A stretch of 64,000 nucleotides of DNA from Tubiluchus corallicola (lineage: Eukaryota; Animalia; Priapulida). Made by a program: the position numbers and the translations under genes. Every line of letters starts with the position of its first letter. The first letter of the stretch is position 1. The stretch lies in assembly GCA_030141605.1 (NCBI GenBank), contig JAQGDQ010000407.1, forward strand, positions 59,374 to 123,373, read 5' to 3'. Shown in pieces: positions 25,133-39,161 of the stretch. The notes under the pieces were generated by a model. That model made no database searches, was not told where the DNA came from, and worked only from the letters and a program-made list of their open reading frames with translations.

Positions 25133-25250
25133 CGACGACGACGACGACGACGACGATAATGATGATGATGATACGGGGGAAGAGGAGGAAGAGGAGAAGA
25201 AGTAAGAGGAAGAGGAGGAAAACGGCGACGACGATGATGACGATGATGGT
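25093..25250. repeat. (GAT)n/(GAC)n/(GAG)n microsatellite
   Basis: Directly visible. Confidence 0.9.
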
Positions 25251-25831
25251 AATGGCGATATCCACATACTTCAAACACACTCGCAGGATTATCAATTACG
25301 GCCACAAAGGGCCATCAATCCAGACATGAAACCTCACTGATCTTTAATTAACTAAGAACGGGTAAGTTTTCGATACTTAGTCGCTAACATATTATAAGTA
25401 AACATTTAAAAGATTATTATGAAGAAAATGTGGTGGATAACTGATATTTAAGTCGAGCAGTAACAAATTGCCGCCTTGTCATCCGTTATTAGAGAACGCC
25501 AAGCAGATAATAATTATTAACGATTCCGTAATTAACTGAAATTAACAGCTCAAGCGTTTTCATGCCGCATTTTCCATAAATTTCACAGTTAAATTTTAGA
25601 TGTGAAAACACCAAAGCTGCTAATGACTGAGCTTAATGGTTAAAATTTCTTCACTGTCACTATGAAACAGCGATTAATCGAAATTGGCTTCCAACAGAAA
25701 TATTAATAGCTTCTTCCCAAAGGTCACATTAATCAAGAAACTATAATTGCCTGTAAGATTTTTTTCTGAAACAGGAAATCATCTCTGATGAAAATGATAA
25801 CATTGGGGGATTATCGTGTTTTTGCTTTTGC

Positions 25832-26505
25832 TTAAAAGACAAGAAAAGAGGTACCTGAAATAGGTTTCAGAAAAATCGCTTTAAAAAATTATATTACGTT
25901 ACAGCAATTTTATGCATATGTCGTATTCGCGTTGAAAGAAATTTTGTTTGTTTTCATTTAAATCTCCCGCAATACTGTTCCGACGGCGCCATTACATGAC
26001 GTCACTACGCAAACGTAAATAAGGGGAAGAAAAGGCAATGTTAAATTATGACCCAGAAAACTTTCCGTGCAAATCTATATTACTTAACTTTACTTAGCCA
26101 TAAATCTATAGACTTGTGTAACTAGAAACAATAATTTAAGATGTTTGTGCCCATTGGTAAAATGTCGATGACTCACCCTCCAGGGTGCACCACTCACTAG
26201 CCAAAAAACGTATTTTTACTCTTATTGACAAGATCAGTAATTTAAAATTTTAATTAGTTAGCAACATGCATGCTACGAATGCTCTGATTATTTTCTCAGA
26301 CTTTACTCAGTGTACTTAAACTTGTTTCAAACGACCTACCGTCAAAATGGCTGTGCCTAACAGTTATCGCGAGAGTTTAAACTTACACGGTTTATACAGC
26401 GTTACGGCCGGTGAAAGCCCTGTAGCAAAAAGTAGGTACCTAAGTGGTATAAAATTTCGAGGCGAATTTTTTAAGCTTTATGTAAGTGGAGGGTTTTCTT
26501 GTGCA
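25832..26505 (+). mobile_element. TTAA-targeting non-autonomous DNA transposon (Kolobok-like), copy 1
   Basis: Begins TTAA|AAGACAAGAAAAG; aligns along its length, inverted, with 39162-39843 (shared TCTCCCGCAATAC, CATTACATGACGTCA, GACTCACCCTCCAGGGTGCACCACTCA). Confidence 0.7.
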
Positions 26506-27570
26506 AGTCTGCAAACGTGAACTGCACCTGGTGCGTTCAAAGGCAGTGCAATGTTTATAATGACAATAGGTCTATAGCACACAGGAGGAAATTTCGCACA
26601 GCTGGACTGGCGGAAGAAGGTTCCCCCCCCCAAAAAAAAAAACTTTCTGAGTTACCCTAGCCTGATTTGAGTGATTTCGGGACAAGTGCAACCACAGTCC
26701 ATATAATTAATTATACAAGATGTACTTGTTTATAATTTCGGGAAACTGTATGTTTTCATAGAGTAACTTTGAGCACAGATTTAGTTTTGAAAAATACAGT
26801 AAAACATAAGTATAAACACCTAATGTTTAAAGCTCTTGAATGCTTTGCAGTGCATACTAAGCTGGTAAGTTACTTCTACACTAGTAATACTGCACCCGTC
26901 GGTTAATGGATTCAGCCGGTTAATTGGGTCAAAACACTTTCATTTTACAGTGAGTCTATTAAGCGACGCCTACTGTTTGTGAAAATGACCGCTATTATTA
27001 AAAAAAATATTGGTGATGGTTTAGTTTTTCTTTGCAAGCATGTCTGCATAACCTTATACGCACATTGATAAATTTGTTTACTCAAAAGTGTAAAAGAACT
27101 GAGCCGCGAGCCCCGTTATTTGTCATCCAGTCTACATATGTTGGCCGAGACAATTTCGATATTCCGGATAATCGAGCTCCTACTGTGCTGAAAAAATTGT
27201 TTGTGAAAAAATAAAATCACTCTACTTGCTTCAAAAGTTACGATGCCCAAAGGCTTCTTCAAAATTATAAAATTTAATGCATTTCGCAGCTCACAACATG
27301 AACTGTGCACAAAGGAGCGACAAACTATGTTACACATATCACAATGATATTAGATTACTAATTATCATCTCCCTTTGTCGCAAACGACAGTAGGCGCTGC
27401 GTTTTCTTGGGCAAATGATCAAGTGTTTTGCATTTCTACCGTTCCGACTTTTCGGCGCACTTGATCACAGTGCCGCCCTCTGGAAAGTCCCCTCATCTCC
27501 CCTCCCAAGCTACGTCGCTGACTCTAGCTTCTCATGCGTAATATTCAGAACTTTTGCTAGTGAAACTGGT

Positions 27571-27790
27571 ATTATAATAAAATTGAGTTAGCCTCAGCGT
27601 AATGTTAAAATAACAACACTGTTCAAGACAAATGCGTCCAGTGCATACTAAAAAAACTAAAGTGCAAACTATGTTCATTATATTGTATATAGTTTGCACT
27701 TTAGTTTTTTTAGTATGCACTGGACGCATTTGTCTTGAACAGTGTTGTTATTTTAACATTACGCTGAGGCTAACTCAATTTTATTATAAT
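27571..27790. repeat. Perfect 102-bp inverted repeat with 16-nt spacer
   Basis: 27571-27672 is the exact reverse complement of 27689-27790. Confidence 0.95.
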
Positions 27791-30041
27791 GAGGGAACCG
27801 TTTTTATGACAAATAAAGAATTAATATATAATATATATATATATATATATTAACGTCATGGCTAGCATCAATGTAGTTGTATCGGTCACCGTACACAATC
27901 GAATATCATCATGAAAACGAAAGCATAGTTTCACCATTCATTAAAGACATAAGTTGAGTTGAGCAAACAGATTTCAGTGGATCCAAATCGATAATCAAAA
28001 AGCGACAAAATTTGGCATTTGTCTGCCATGTGTGGTAGGGCCTAATCTACACAGAAATGCATGAGCAACCAAACATTCATTATTTAGCCATCACGTCACT
28101 TAATACTAAATTTGGTTGCAGGTAAACGGTTTTGGTTTTCATTCTGTCGCTCCCAATTCTTATTGACATTGAGGGTTTGCCTTTGACGTCTAAGGCTGTT
28201 GGAACATTGGCAATACTAAGGGAAATATAAAATATATCTCCAGTTAAGCCTATATACCTAATGAAGAACGAAGCTAATGGTTCTTTTTATTTAACTTTTC
28301 AAGATTAACATCAGATATGTATATAGAAGATTGATAAATCAGGTTTAGGTGGCTGGCCAGTCAGTCAGGCAGCCAACCAAACTACCTACATTGATCGAAA
28401 TTGATATCAAGTGAGCCTATTTATCTTACAGCCTGCATATAAAAATTATCCTCTAGAACCACGCAGATCTTATTTAAAGAAGTGAAATTCACCCCTATAT
28501 TAGGAGGTTATTTTAGTTTCTGATTAAAAATTATCCTGAGCAATATAATTTAAAATGACATTAATTACTGTTACAAAGTTGATTTCAAAAATGGGCCAAT
28601 TACATTTGGATATAATATGATGTGAGAGAGATATTGTTCGCAGCAGCAGCCAGGCTCTATCAATAATCGCAGTAAAATTAGTGTTAAACCTGTCCGCTAG
28701 ATGGTGTTGCGACATTGAAATAGTACTACTTTACTCCATTGAAATAGGCTAAATTAGAAAAGTTGGTACTTATTAGTGCCTTAAATGACTGAAAATTAAT
28801 TTGTGATAAATTAATACGCTGCTGGTTATACGCACTTGTTATTTCTTCCAGACTCACTGTCAATGCCTACGTACTTTTTTAATAAAATTGTTTGCATTCC
28901 ACTGTGTATCGTGCGTCTATTTCAAAAACTTGTAATTATATAACGTGTTTTTATGGTGAATGGTAGTTTAGTTGAGTTGGCCGCTTTTGTTGTTCTTGAT
29001 TGCGACATTTTAATGAGTTTAATAACTTCCAATCCAACTTTTCTTTGATATTTTGTGCAATCCTTAGGCATTGTATAGAATGCACAAAACGGCTTAGTCA
29101 AAATTACTGTAAGATTAAACGAGGAGTTCAAGTAAACAACTAATATTGGTTTAATGGTGTCCTAAAAAAAACTTTACAGAAAAAAATATAAGTGAGTCGC
29201 AATCATATAATACGGGCCGAGTTTTCCAGGGGGGTGGGCCACTTTTGCCCGAAAAATACAGCGCCAACCCAAAAAAGTCCGGAGTCGGAAATTGCTTCAT
29301 GATCCTGACCACATGATCAAAAAATGCACGGATTTCGGACACTTTTCCATTTATGAAAAATATTATTTTTTCAGTGCCTAAAAAATTTTGTGATTGCCCG
29401 AAAAAATGTGTTTCCCGGATTCCGGGAAAGCTGCAACCCCCCCCCCCCCCCCCCCCAGCTCGTACAATGGTATGGTAGCAATAAGTAAATAATATGGACG
29501 TGGAGTATAGAGTAATTAGGGGTAATATATTATTGATTTACTGTTAGAACAACCACAACATCGTGAGCCATAAGCAATCAGCTATGAGACTACTTTTTAG
29601 CATTTTTCTATTTTAATCACAAAGTAGTTTATTATGCCTTCCTGCATCCTGTATGAAATACAACTAGAATAGTAGCATTAATGTCCTTAGATCCTGCACG
29701 TATTTTTCTCGGTTAAAGATTTCCATAAGAAAATCAGATTAGGTGTTTACTGTTGATATGGATCGGCTTTTTCGAAATAATAATTAGACTGTAAATCGTT
29801 GGTGCAGATCCATTGATGCATTAGAATGAAAGCTGCACCAGCAAAGTAACTAATTGTATATAAATGATATTATACATTGGTTTCCTAACTTTCGTCAAGG
29901 TGATTATATTCACAGTTTAATGTAAATAGTAGGCTTATAATCATTTTTTGTTTGCGTTTTACATAACTTTTAGCAGTTATAAAATCAATAATAATCTCAT
30001 TTTCCCGCACGGAGTCTCAAAAACAATGTTGCTTGCGACTT

Positions 30042-30173
30042 TTTTGTTAACTGCAAACAAAATAATTATTAGTGACTTGAAGCCATTTTGTTAACTGCAA
30101 ATAAAATAATTATTAGTGATTTGAAGCCATTTTGTTAACTGCAAATAAAATAATTATTAGTGATTTGAAGCCA
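30042..30173. repeat. 44-bp tandem repeat x3
   Basis: Unit TTTTGTTAACTGCAAATAAAATAATTATTAGTGATTTGAAGCCA. Confidence 0.9.
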
Positions 30174-32497
30174 AAAACTTGTTGATCCTATAGATGGCTC
30201 AGCCGTTCAAACTGCTCTCCTGTGGCTTTGCTCTAGTGCGTCAGCTCGCTGCCCGAGTCGCCAGGCCCTCGTCATCCCTTTCAGTTCTCTCCGAAACAAG
30301 TATGTCAACATTCCGCAAATGGTGGTATTCAGTTGAGAGTAATGTCTGCGTTTCGTTTTCGTTTTTAACAACATTTTCCACAAGATTCTCTTGACCGCTT
30401 AGGTACAGATATAACACAGATGATCAGACAGTTAACTAACACTATTTCGGTAAGATCAGTTTAAAGCTTATATTGCATTCGATTGCAGCTAGTCTAATTA
30501 CGTAAACTAGCGTCGAAAGTGAAATAATGAAAATGCCATACCGCAGGTAGCCTACTTGAGTACCATTTTAATTTGATTAGGATCTGTATGTTTAGTTATC
30601 TACTAAAACCTTTTATTTCTATGGAGAGTACGTTATAACTACTGTAATCGCAAAGATTTGTGAATTCATTTGATCAGTGGACCAGTATTGCATATTTTTT
30701 AAGTAAGATAGACGAAAATTTGATGTGCCAATTAAGATGTAGTGCAAAAAGTTTTTCTTGCTCATCTACTCGGTGGCACATGGAGTAGGTCAGCAAACAC
30801 ACAAAAATATGTTTTCATTCTAAAGGTACATTTTATGACAGATATTATGAGAGTGATTTCTTGCATCACTCCTTCCTGAACTCTTCATACAAACACCTTG
30901 AGGCCAGTAATCTGGATGTGGAATAATAATGAAAGTTAATTATAGCAAAATGCTTAGAAGTGAGTATGAACATAATGGTGTTTCATGCTAACAAGAGGGC
31001 AAGGATTTTATCTGAAGAAAGATTATTGTGCTGCTGCTTAGATCGTAAAGTAAACTAAACTAAACATCATCTGAATAAGTATGAGCTCTTGCTAATTTCT
31101 TATGACCCTGTGACTCTGAAAGTGGTTCGATGTTTTCCATTTCCTTATTCAAGTAGCAGCAAAATTGAAAATCTTGAGAGTTCCATCGCTGCATTAAAAA
31201 TAAGATTCTCAATATGAGTTCTCAATATAATATTTAGTTGTTGTACCAGAAGTGAGTTTATCATGCCGGCAAGCTGATTGAAAGCTGACTTTAAGACATT
31301 TGATGCTGTACTTTAGTTGGCTTTGGTGGGTTCCATGAAAAAAATTGTTAAAATGCACAGAATTCAAAGTATCATGGCATTGCAAAAAAGAAAGCATCTT
31401 GAATATTGACTACAGATAAAGAATTCTAAAAATTGCTGCTCAGTAATTGCGGAGTTGCAGAGTAAATTTAGTGTTTTCAGAGTACATAGATACATAGATA
31501 GATAGATCATTTATTGTGCATACATGGTTGAATACAGTAATTACATACAAGAGCTAATGAAAACAAGCCAAATGCGAGGACAACGTATTACCATGGGGTC
31601 CTTTACACGTCGAAGATATTTATGATTTAAATTCGACATTTTTGTACAGGTTTGTGTTTGGTGTAAACTCCTCAAGTAAAAATGTGAACTGCATAAAATT
31701 GCAAATGTATGTGCTATCTGATTTTCATGGTAGTTGCATACAAAGTATTTTTAAGCAAATTACTTGCATTAAATCTGAATTAATTTACTGGTACTAATTC
31801 TGAAACATTATAACATCATCCAAGCTTTTCACAAAAAGATAATAATGGATTGTTTTAAATTTTATGAGCTCCCAAAATAACATATGTTATTTTGATGGAC
31901 TATAATCAATATGTCATGCAGATAATTTGAATTTTATTAATTTATGTGACTCAAATGATACAACTCAAGATTTGTCAGTTTTTGACCTGCGTTTGCACAA
32001 CTGCACATCTCGAATGACTTAAAACAAGATACATTTATCTGTAAACTTGTGGAAAGTTCATTTCAATGCAGTTAATGGTGGAACAGTGATTCTTCATAAT
32101 CAGATCGATTTCGAATGATTTGTTAAATCTTTATCATATTTGCTCATGGGATATTCATAGCTGGTAGCTAGGGATTGTGATTTACACTCAGTTTAGGCTT
32201 ATAATATTTAAAATCATGTAGAAAACGCATTTTTGGTCAGAGTAAAAAGCAAAATCTCCTTAACAATAATTTTTACATGTAAACCTAGAAATCTGGTAGT
32301 AAAGTAACACTCTTAGACTGAGGCTTAATTTCTACTTGATTAATGAACATTGGCTTGTTTGTGAGTACCACTTCAGGGCAGGTATGTACATTTTCGTTAC
32401 CTGTTACCTATTTTTCCTGTTTAGGTAACCTTGAACATAGGCTAGGAAATACAGTAAACATACGGATCAAGTGTGACCTGTAAGGGGCTTGGAAATC

Positions 32498-35400
32498 ATG
32501 TCAGGTGCCAAGCCTGAGCAGGCAGGTGAGCCGTCTCTATGACTTTTTGCATTAAAGTAATGTTTGATATTGCATAGCTAGTTCATGCACATATGCCCGA
32601 GCATAGATGTCTAGTTCAGTCTTACCTTAAAATCAAAGATATATGCAGTATGGTTTTCTCAAAGTAGTTGTTCATTTGCGGTTAACTACTGAGCAAATAC
32701 TGCCAAAGTCAATCGCTTATTGTCATTTACACAGTAACAAAGCAAACTAACAAAGCTTGAAATTTTAACTTGTGTAACTTGTATTGCGTTGAAAATTCCA
32801 AGTTATGTTATTACTTTTTATGACAGTAAGTATAGGTTTCAACACTTTGCAAACTCAAAAAGCAGTACCATTGTGATGCGGTCACCCAAGCACCAAGTAA
32901 ATTGTGATGATGGCTTTCTAATTATTGCTGAGCAGCTTGTATGATAAAAGTGACGCTTTATAGCATTGATAAAATAATGTCGGTCTCTAAATTTTAAGGC
33001 TTTAATCACCAATAGAAATATTGTATGCAGCTTTTTCTTTTGCAATAACCTAGTAGATGCATAACTCACTCTACTTAGATATTAAGGTAATTGGTTAATC
33101 AGTAGCAATTATTAAAAAGTTAAATAGTACTAACAAGGAAAGCATTAATGTTAATTTGTCATTTTGGTTAATTTTTTCTCCAGTGTTGCATAAACTTAAT
33201 GTCACAACAGCTTTACCATGTTAATCTCTGAAGTTCATGTATTTTTTACTTTGATAAATTAGCCAATGCACTATTCAGATTAGATTGCTTAGTTCAGAAA
33301 TTGTGATTTTTTTAGGATCTAACACAACACCTGAAGTTAGTCAAATCAAGTCAACAGATGAGACAGACTCAACTACTAAGTCTTCTGATCTCAAGCCTGT
33401 CAGCAAGGTACCTCATAAAGTTGAACAAACACCTAAAGCAGAATCTAGTATTTCATCAAAAGAACCTAATCCTAAATGTTCCAAAGCTGCAATTGTTCCT
33501 CCATTAGCTACACAAAAACATGCGAAGACAACTGATCCTAGTTTAGTTAACATACCTTATTCAAAGGAGTTGGATGCAGCAGGAAAGAAAGCTAAACCAG
33601 TAGAAGAAAACGTTTCCTCAAAAGAAGAATCAAGTGTTTCAGCTGCACCTCCAAAAGCACCAGTTGTTGCACCAACAATTACCCCTAAACATGTTGGAAC
33701 TACCGATCCCAACTTAGTTAACATACCTTATTCAAAGGAGTTGGATGCAGCAGGAAAGAAAGCTAAACCAGTGGAAGAAAACATTGTTTTATCAAAAGAA
33801 GAATCGAGTGTTTCAGCTGCACCACCAAAGGCACCAGTTGTTGCACCAACAGTTACCCCTAAACATGTTGGAACTACCGATCCCAACTTAGTTAACATAC
33901 CTTATTCAAAGGAGTTGGATGCAGCAGGAAAGAAAGCTAAACCAGTAGAAGAAAACATTGTTTTATCAAAAGAAGAATCGAGTGTTTCGGCTGCACCACC
34001 AAAGGTACCAGTTGTTGCACCAACAGTTACCCCTAAACATGTTGGAACTACCGATCCCAACTTAGTTAACATACCTTATTCAAAGGAGTTGGATGCAGCA
34101 GGAAAGAAAGTTCAACCTGTGGAAGAAAACATTGTTTCATCAAAAGAAGAATCGAATGTTTCAGCTGCACCACCAAAGGCACCAGTTGTTGCACCAACAA
34201 TTACCCCTAAACATGTTGGAACTACCGATCCCAACTTAGTTAACATACCTTATTCAAAGGAGTTGGATGCAGCAGGAAAGAAAGCTCAACCTGTGGAAGA
34301 AAACATTGTTTCATCAAAAGAAGAATCGAATGTTTCAGCTGCACCACCAAAGGCACCAGTTGCTGCACCAACAATTACCCCTAAACATGTTGGAACTACC
34401 GATCCTAACTTAGTTAACATACCTTATTCAAAGGAGTTGGATGCAGCAGGAAAGAAAGCTAAACCAGTAGAAGAAAACATCGTTTCATCAAAAGAAGAAT
34501 CGAGTGTTTCAGCTGCATTACCAAAGGCACCAGTTGTTGCACCAACAATTACCCCTAAACATGTTGGAACTACCGATCCCAACTTAGTTAACATACCTTA
34601 TTCAAAGGAGTTGGATGCAGCAGGAAAGAAAGCTAAACCAGTAGAAGAAAACATTGTTTTATCAAAAGAAGAATCGAGTGTTTCGGCTGCACCACCAAAG
34701 GCACCAGTTGTTGCACCAACAGTTACCCCTAAACATGTTGGAACTACCGATCCCAACTTAGTTAACATACCTTATTCAAAGGAGTTGGATGCAGCAGGAA
34801 AGAAAGTTCAACCTGTGGAAGAAAACATTGTTTCATCAAAAGAAGAATCGAATGTTTCAGCTGCACCACCAAAGGCACCAGTTGCTGCACCAACAATTAC
34901 CCCTAAACATGTTGGAACTACCGATCCCAACTTAGTTAACATACCTTATTCAAAGGAGTTGGATGCAGCAGGAAAGAAAGCTCAACCTGTGGAAGAAAAC
35001 ATTGTTTCATCAAAAGAAGAATCGAGTGTTTCAGCTGCACCACCAAAGGCACCAATTGCTGCACCAACAATTGCCCCTAAACATGTTGGAACTACCGATC
35101 CCAACTTAGTTAACATACCGTATTCAAAGGAGTTGGATGCAGCAGGAAAGAAAGCTAAACCAGTAGATGAAAACATTGTTTTATCAAAAGAAGAATCGAG
35201 TGTTTCAGCTGCACCACCAAAGGCACCAGTTGTTGCACCAACAATTACCCATAAACATGTTGGAACTACCGATCCCAACTTAGTTAACATACCTTATTCA
35301 AAGGAGTTGGATGCAGCAGGAAAGAAAGCTCAACCTGTGGAAGAAAACATTGTTTCATCAAAAGAAGAATCGAGTGTTTCAGCTGCACCACCAAAGGCAC

Positions 35401-37616
35401 CAGTTGTTGCACCAACAGTTACCCCTAAACATGTTGGAACTACCGATCCCAACTTAGTTAACATACCTTATTCAAAGGAGTTGGATGCAGCAGGAAAGAA
35501 AGCTCAACCTGTGGAAGAAAACATTGTTTCATCAAAAGAAGAAGCGAGTGTTTCAGCTGCACCACCAAAGGCACCAGTTGCTGCACCAACAATTACCCCT
35601 AAACATGTTGGAACTACCGATCCCAACTTAGTTAACATACCTTATTCAAAGGAGTTGGATGCAGCGGGAAAGAAAGCTCAACCTGTGGAAGAAAACATTG
35701 TTTCATCAAAAGAAGAATCGAGTGTTTCAGCTGCACCACCAAAGGCACCAGTTGTTGCACCAACAGTTACCCCAAAACATGTTGGAACTACTGATCCTAA
35801 CTTAGTTAACATACCTTATTCAAAGGAGTTGGACGCAGCAGGAAAGAAAGCTCAACCTGTGGAAGAAAACATTGTTTCATCAAAAGAAGAATCGAATGTT
35901 TCAGCTGCACCACCAAAGGCACCAGTTGTTGCACCAACAATTACCCCTAAACATGTTGGAACTACTGATCCTAACTTAGTTAACATACCTTATTCAAAGG
36001 AGTTGGATGCAGCAGGAAAGAAAGCTAAACCAGTAGAAGAAAACATTGTTTTATCAAAAGAAGAATCGAGTGTTTCAGCTGCACCACCAAAAGCACCAGT
36101 TGTTGCACCAACAATTACCCCTAAACATGTTGGAACTACTGATCCTAACTTAGTTAACATACCTTATTCAAAGGAGTTGGACGCAGCAGGAAAGAAAGCT
36201 AAACCAGTAAAAGAAAACATTGTTTTATCAAAAGAAGAATCGAGTGTTTCAGCCGCACCACCAAAAGCACCAGTTGTTGCACCAACAATTACCCCAAAAC
36301 ATGTTGGAACTACTGATCCTAACTTAGTTAACATACCTTATTCAAAGGAGTTGGATGCAGCAGGAAAGAAAGCTAAACCAGTAGATGAAAACATTGTTTT
36401 ATCAAAAGAAGAATCGAGTGTTTCAGCTGCACCTCCAAAAGCACCAGTTGTTGCACCAACAATTACCCCTAAACATGTTGGAACTACTGATCCTAACTTA
36501 GTTAACATACCTTATTCAAAGGAGTTGGACGCAGCAGGAAAGAAAGCTAAACCAGTAAAAGAAAACATTGTTTTATCAAAAGAAGAATCGAGTGTTTCAG
36601 CCGCACCACCAAAAGCACCAGTTGTTGCACCAACAATTACCCCAAAACATGTTGGAACTACTGATCCTAACTTAGTTAACATACCTTATTCAAAGGAGTT
36701 GGATGCAGCAGGAAAGAAAGCTAAACCAGTAGATGAAAACATTGTTTTATCAAAAGAAGAATCGAGTGTTTCAGCTGCACCTCCAAAAGCACCAGTTGTT
36801 GCACCAACAATTACCCCTAAACATGTTGGAACTACTGATCCTAACTTAGTTAACATACCTTATTCAAAGGAGTTGGACGCAGCAGGAAAGAAAGCTAAAC
36901 CAGTAAAAGAAAACATTGTTTTATCGAAAGAAGAATCGAGTGTTTCAGCTGCACCTCCAAAAGCACCAGTTGTTGCACCAACAATTACCCCTAAACATGT
37001 TGCAACTACCGATCCCAACTTAGTTAACATACCTTATTCAAAGGAGTTGGACGCAGCAGGAAAGAAAGCTAAACCAGTAGAAGAACACATTGTTTTATCG
37101 AAAGAAGAATCGAGTGTTTCAGCTGCACCACCAAAGGTGCCAGTTGTTGCACCAATAATTATGCAGAAATCTGCTAGAACTACTGATCCTAACTTAGTAA
37201 ATGTGCCTTATACCAAGGAATTGGATGAAGCTGCTAAACTTAATGAACGGTTAAGTAAAAAGTGTGATTCGCAGAAAACTGTCTCCTCTGAGACTTCAGC
37301 AAAAGCAGCAACATCAAAAAAAGTATCGAAGGAGCCAGCCAAGAAGCCAATTGTTGAACCAGTGTGTGTACGGAGGCATGTAGAACCACTATCTGAGGAA
37401 AGTTCTTTGCCTGACAGTAGTGTCACACATGAAGAAGATACTGAAAGAGTAGAATCAAAAGGTATGCAAATTCCTTCGGCAGAGAGCTGGTACAGCACAT
37501 TTTGTTCTATGCTGCGTACCCTGCTTCTTCCTCTTTTTATCATAATACACGTGGTGGTATTTGTTTACCTCTGTACATATTTTATTGCACATTGGCATGA
37601 ACGCACTCCTTTCTAA
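32498..37616 (+). CDS. Tandem-repeat protein (~1442 aa; ~22 x 58-aa Pro/Lys/Glu/Val-rich repeats) with C-terminal transmembrane segment; coding exons 32498-32525 and 33316-37616
   Basis: ATG at 32498 in an exon ending GCAG|GTGAG; acceptor TTTTAG| at 33315; phases join (MSGAKPEQAG-SNTTPE); 4.3-kb open frame; hydrophobic TLLLPLFIIIHVVVFVYLCTYFIA 8 residues before the stop; no signal peptide. Confidence 0.8.
33517..37230 (+). repeat. 174-bp coding tandem repeat, ~22 copies
   Basis: 22 TTDP motifs, spaced 174 bp (first interval 171 bp); first and last units diverged. Confidence 0.95.
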
Positions 37617-37864
37617 CACACTAACAGTTTATATTGATATTAAAATATTACCAGTAATTTAAATATTAATACGTAATATGTACGTAGTATTAAAATAGTA
37701 ATGAGTTTTGTGTTTCACATAATTATGATGGTATGTAGAATTAGCACTGTAACAATATCTGCATGATGACTTATTAGTTGGCCACTTAATTTCCTTTTAT
37801 GTCATTAGCATGTTCCATCAGTAGATGTTTCTTTTTTCTAATTTACTAAATTGCAAAGTAGATT

Positions 37865-38140
37865 CTAGTGGTGGGTCGTTGATTTCATTTCTAATTAATC
37901 AGAAAGGAAATTGATTTGACAGTTGATTATAATCATAAAATTCGTAATTTTGAATTTTTTAACAAACAACACATTTCACCACAGTAACGGCTACATTTAT
38001 CGTACGATTTTTGTCAAAAATAAGTGCAAATGTCACTGGTAACGGAATTTGTGTCGGCAGCTCAAAAATAAACGATGATCAGAAATAAAATTCCAATTTG
38101 ATTATAATCAATTAATTCGATTAATTAGCACCACCACTAG
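37865..38140. mobile_element. Possible MITE with CTAGTGGTGG termini
   Basis: CTAGTGGTGG ... CCACCACTAG ends plus subterminal TTGATTATAATCA motifs; no TSD identified. Confidence 0.45.
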
Positions 38141-39161
38141 TAGGTACATCAATTCAAAAGCTTATGCCATATTTTTAAAAGTTGCAACTCATTCTTAATG
38201 TTTACATTTACATATTATTCTATGTTATAAATGTTGGACGGAAATCTATCAAATATGCATATTTTTCTGTGACATTTCGGTTCAAAGTAACAAAGTCTTA
38301 CTTTTCGCCCACCCTAAGGAAACGTTAGCAGGGGTTGTACATGTAGCAAAGACTAATATGCATCCATCCAAATATTTTCTGCCCCAAGTCTTCCTTGTGT
38401 GAGCACCACATTTGACTTTGACTTTTAAGATTGCAAGAATCATGTGCCACATATGAAATATATTATTGCTCCAATACAACTGAGGCCAAACCAAGAAAAT
38501 TTGGATACTCTTGACCTTGATTTGACCTTATTCATTAACTATATCATATTTTATCTCAGTAGCCAGTAAGACCCAAATCACTCAAACTTGGCACATAGAT
38601 AACACATGAGTACGCACCTGACATTGATTTTCACTTCGAAGCTTCATGGGACTTTACCACTTTGGACTCCCAAAAGTAGATAGGGACTTGACAATTCACT
38701 GTACTTTTTAGATAATTGTAAAAAGTTGAAGCTGTAGCTTAGTCACAAATAATTTCTTGTAAATAATAGGAAATTTTTAAGCTTTTCCAAATCATCGTTG
38801 GTTTCGCCTTCTCTGACAACAAAAATGGAATTTAAATCAAAATAAGTCGTAGTCCTGTAAAATTCATAAAGAAATCAGCAATGTGAAAATTTTATGAAAG
38901 CCCAAAATCTGAAGTTAGACAACAAAATTAATGCCTTAGCAATTAAAAGTGAATCAATTGATACACATGAAACAAGTTTTTATGCATGTATTGTATAGCT
39001 TTTGCTTATAACATAAACTAGGTCTATACTTTTTATAACTTGTTATAATCTAAATGTTAGTTTGTTTGTGCACTCTCTTTAACTGGACATATCTCATTTC
39101 ATTTACAAAAGGAGCAAAATGGTTCGCTAGTGATTTTCAGTTCGTATTCTTCTGTGCTTAA

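Noticed and set aside
27532-27853. Two similar ORFs on opposite strands
   Set aside because: By-product of the perfect palindrome.
33285-33315. ORF-track start of the 1443-aa protein
   Set aside because: Non-ATG start within intronic sequence; a phase-matched upstream exon supplies the ATG at 32498.
37520-37616. KASH domain at the C-terminus of the repeat protein
   Set aside because: Luminal tail is only ~8 aa and lacks the PPPX ending; only a generic tail anchor is supported.
38300-38700. Possible Helitron-related repeat (TTGACCTTG, AAACTTGGCACATA motifs)
   Set aside because: No termini or second copy in the window; too weak to call.
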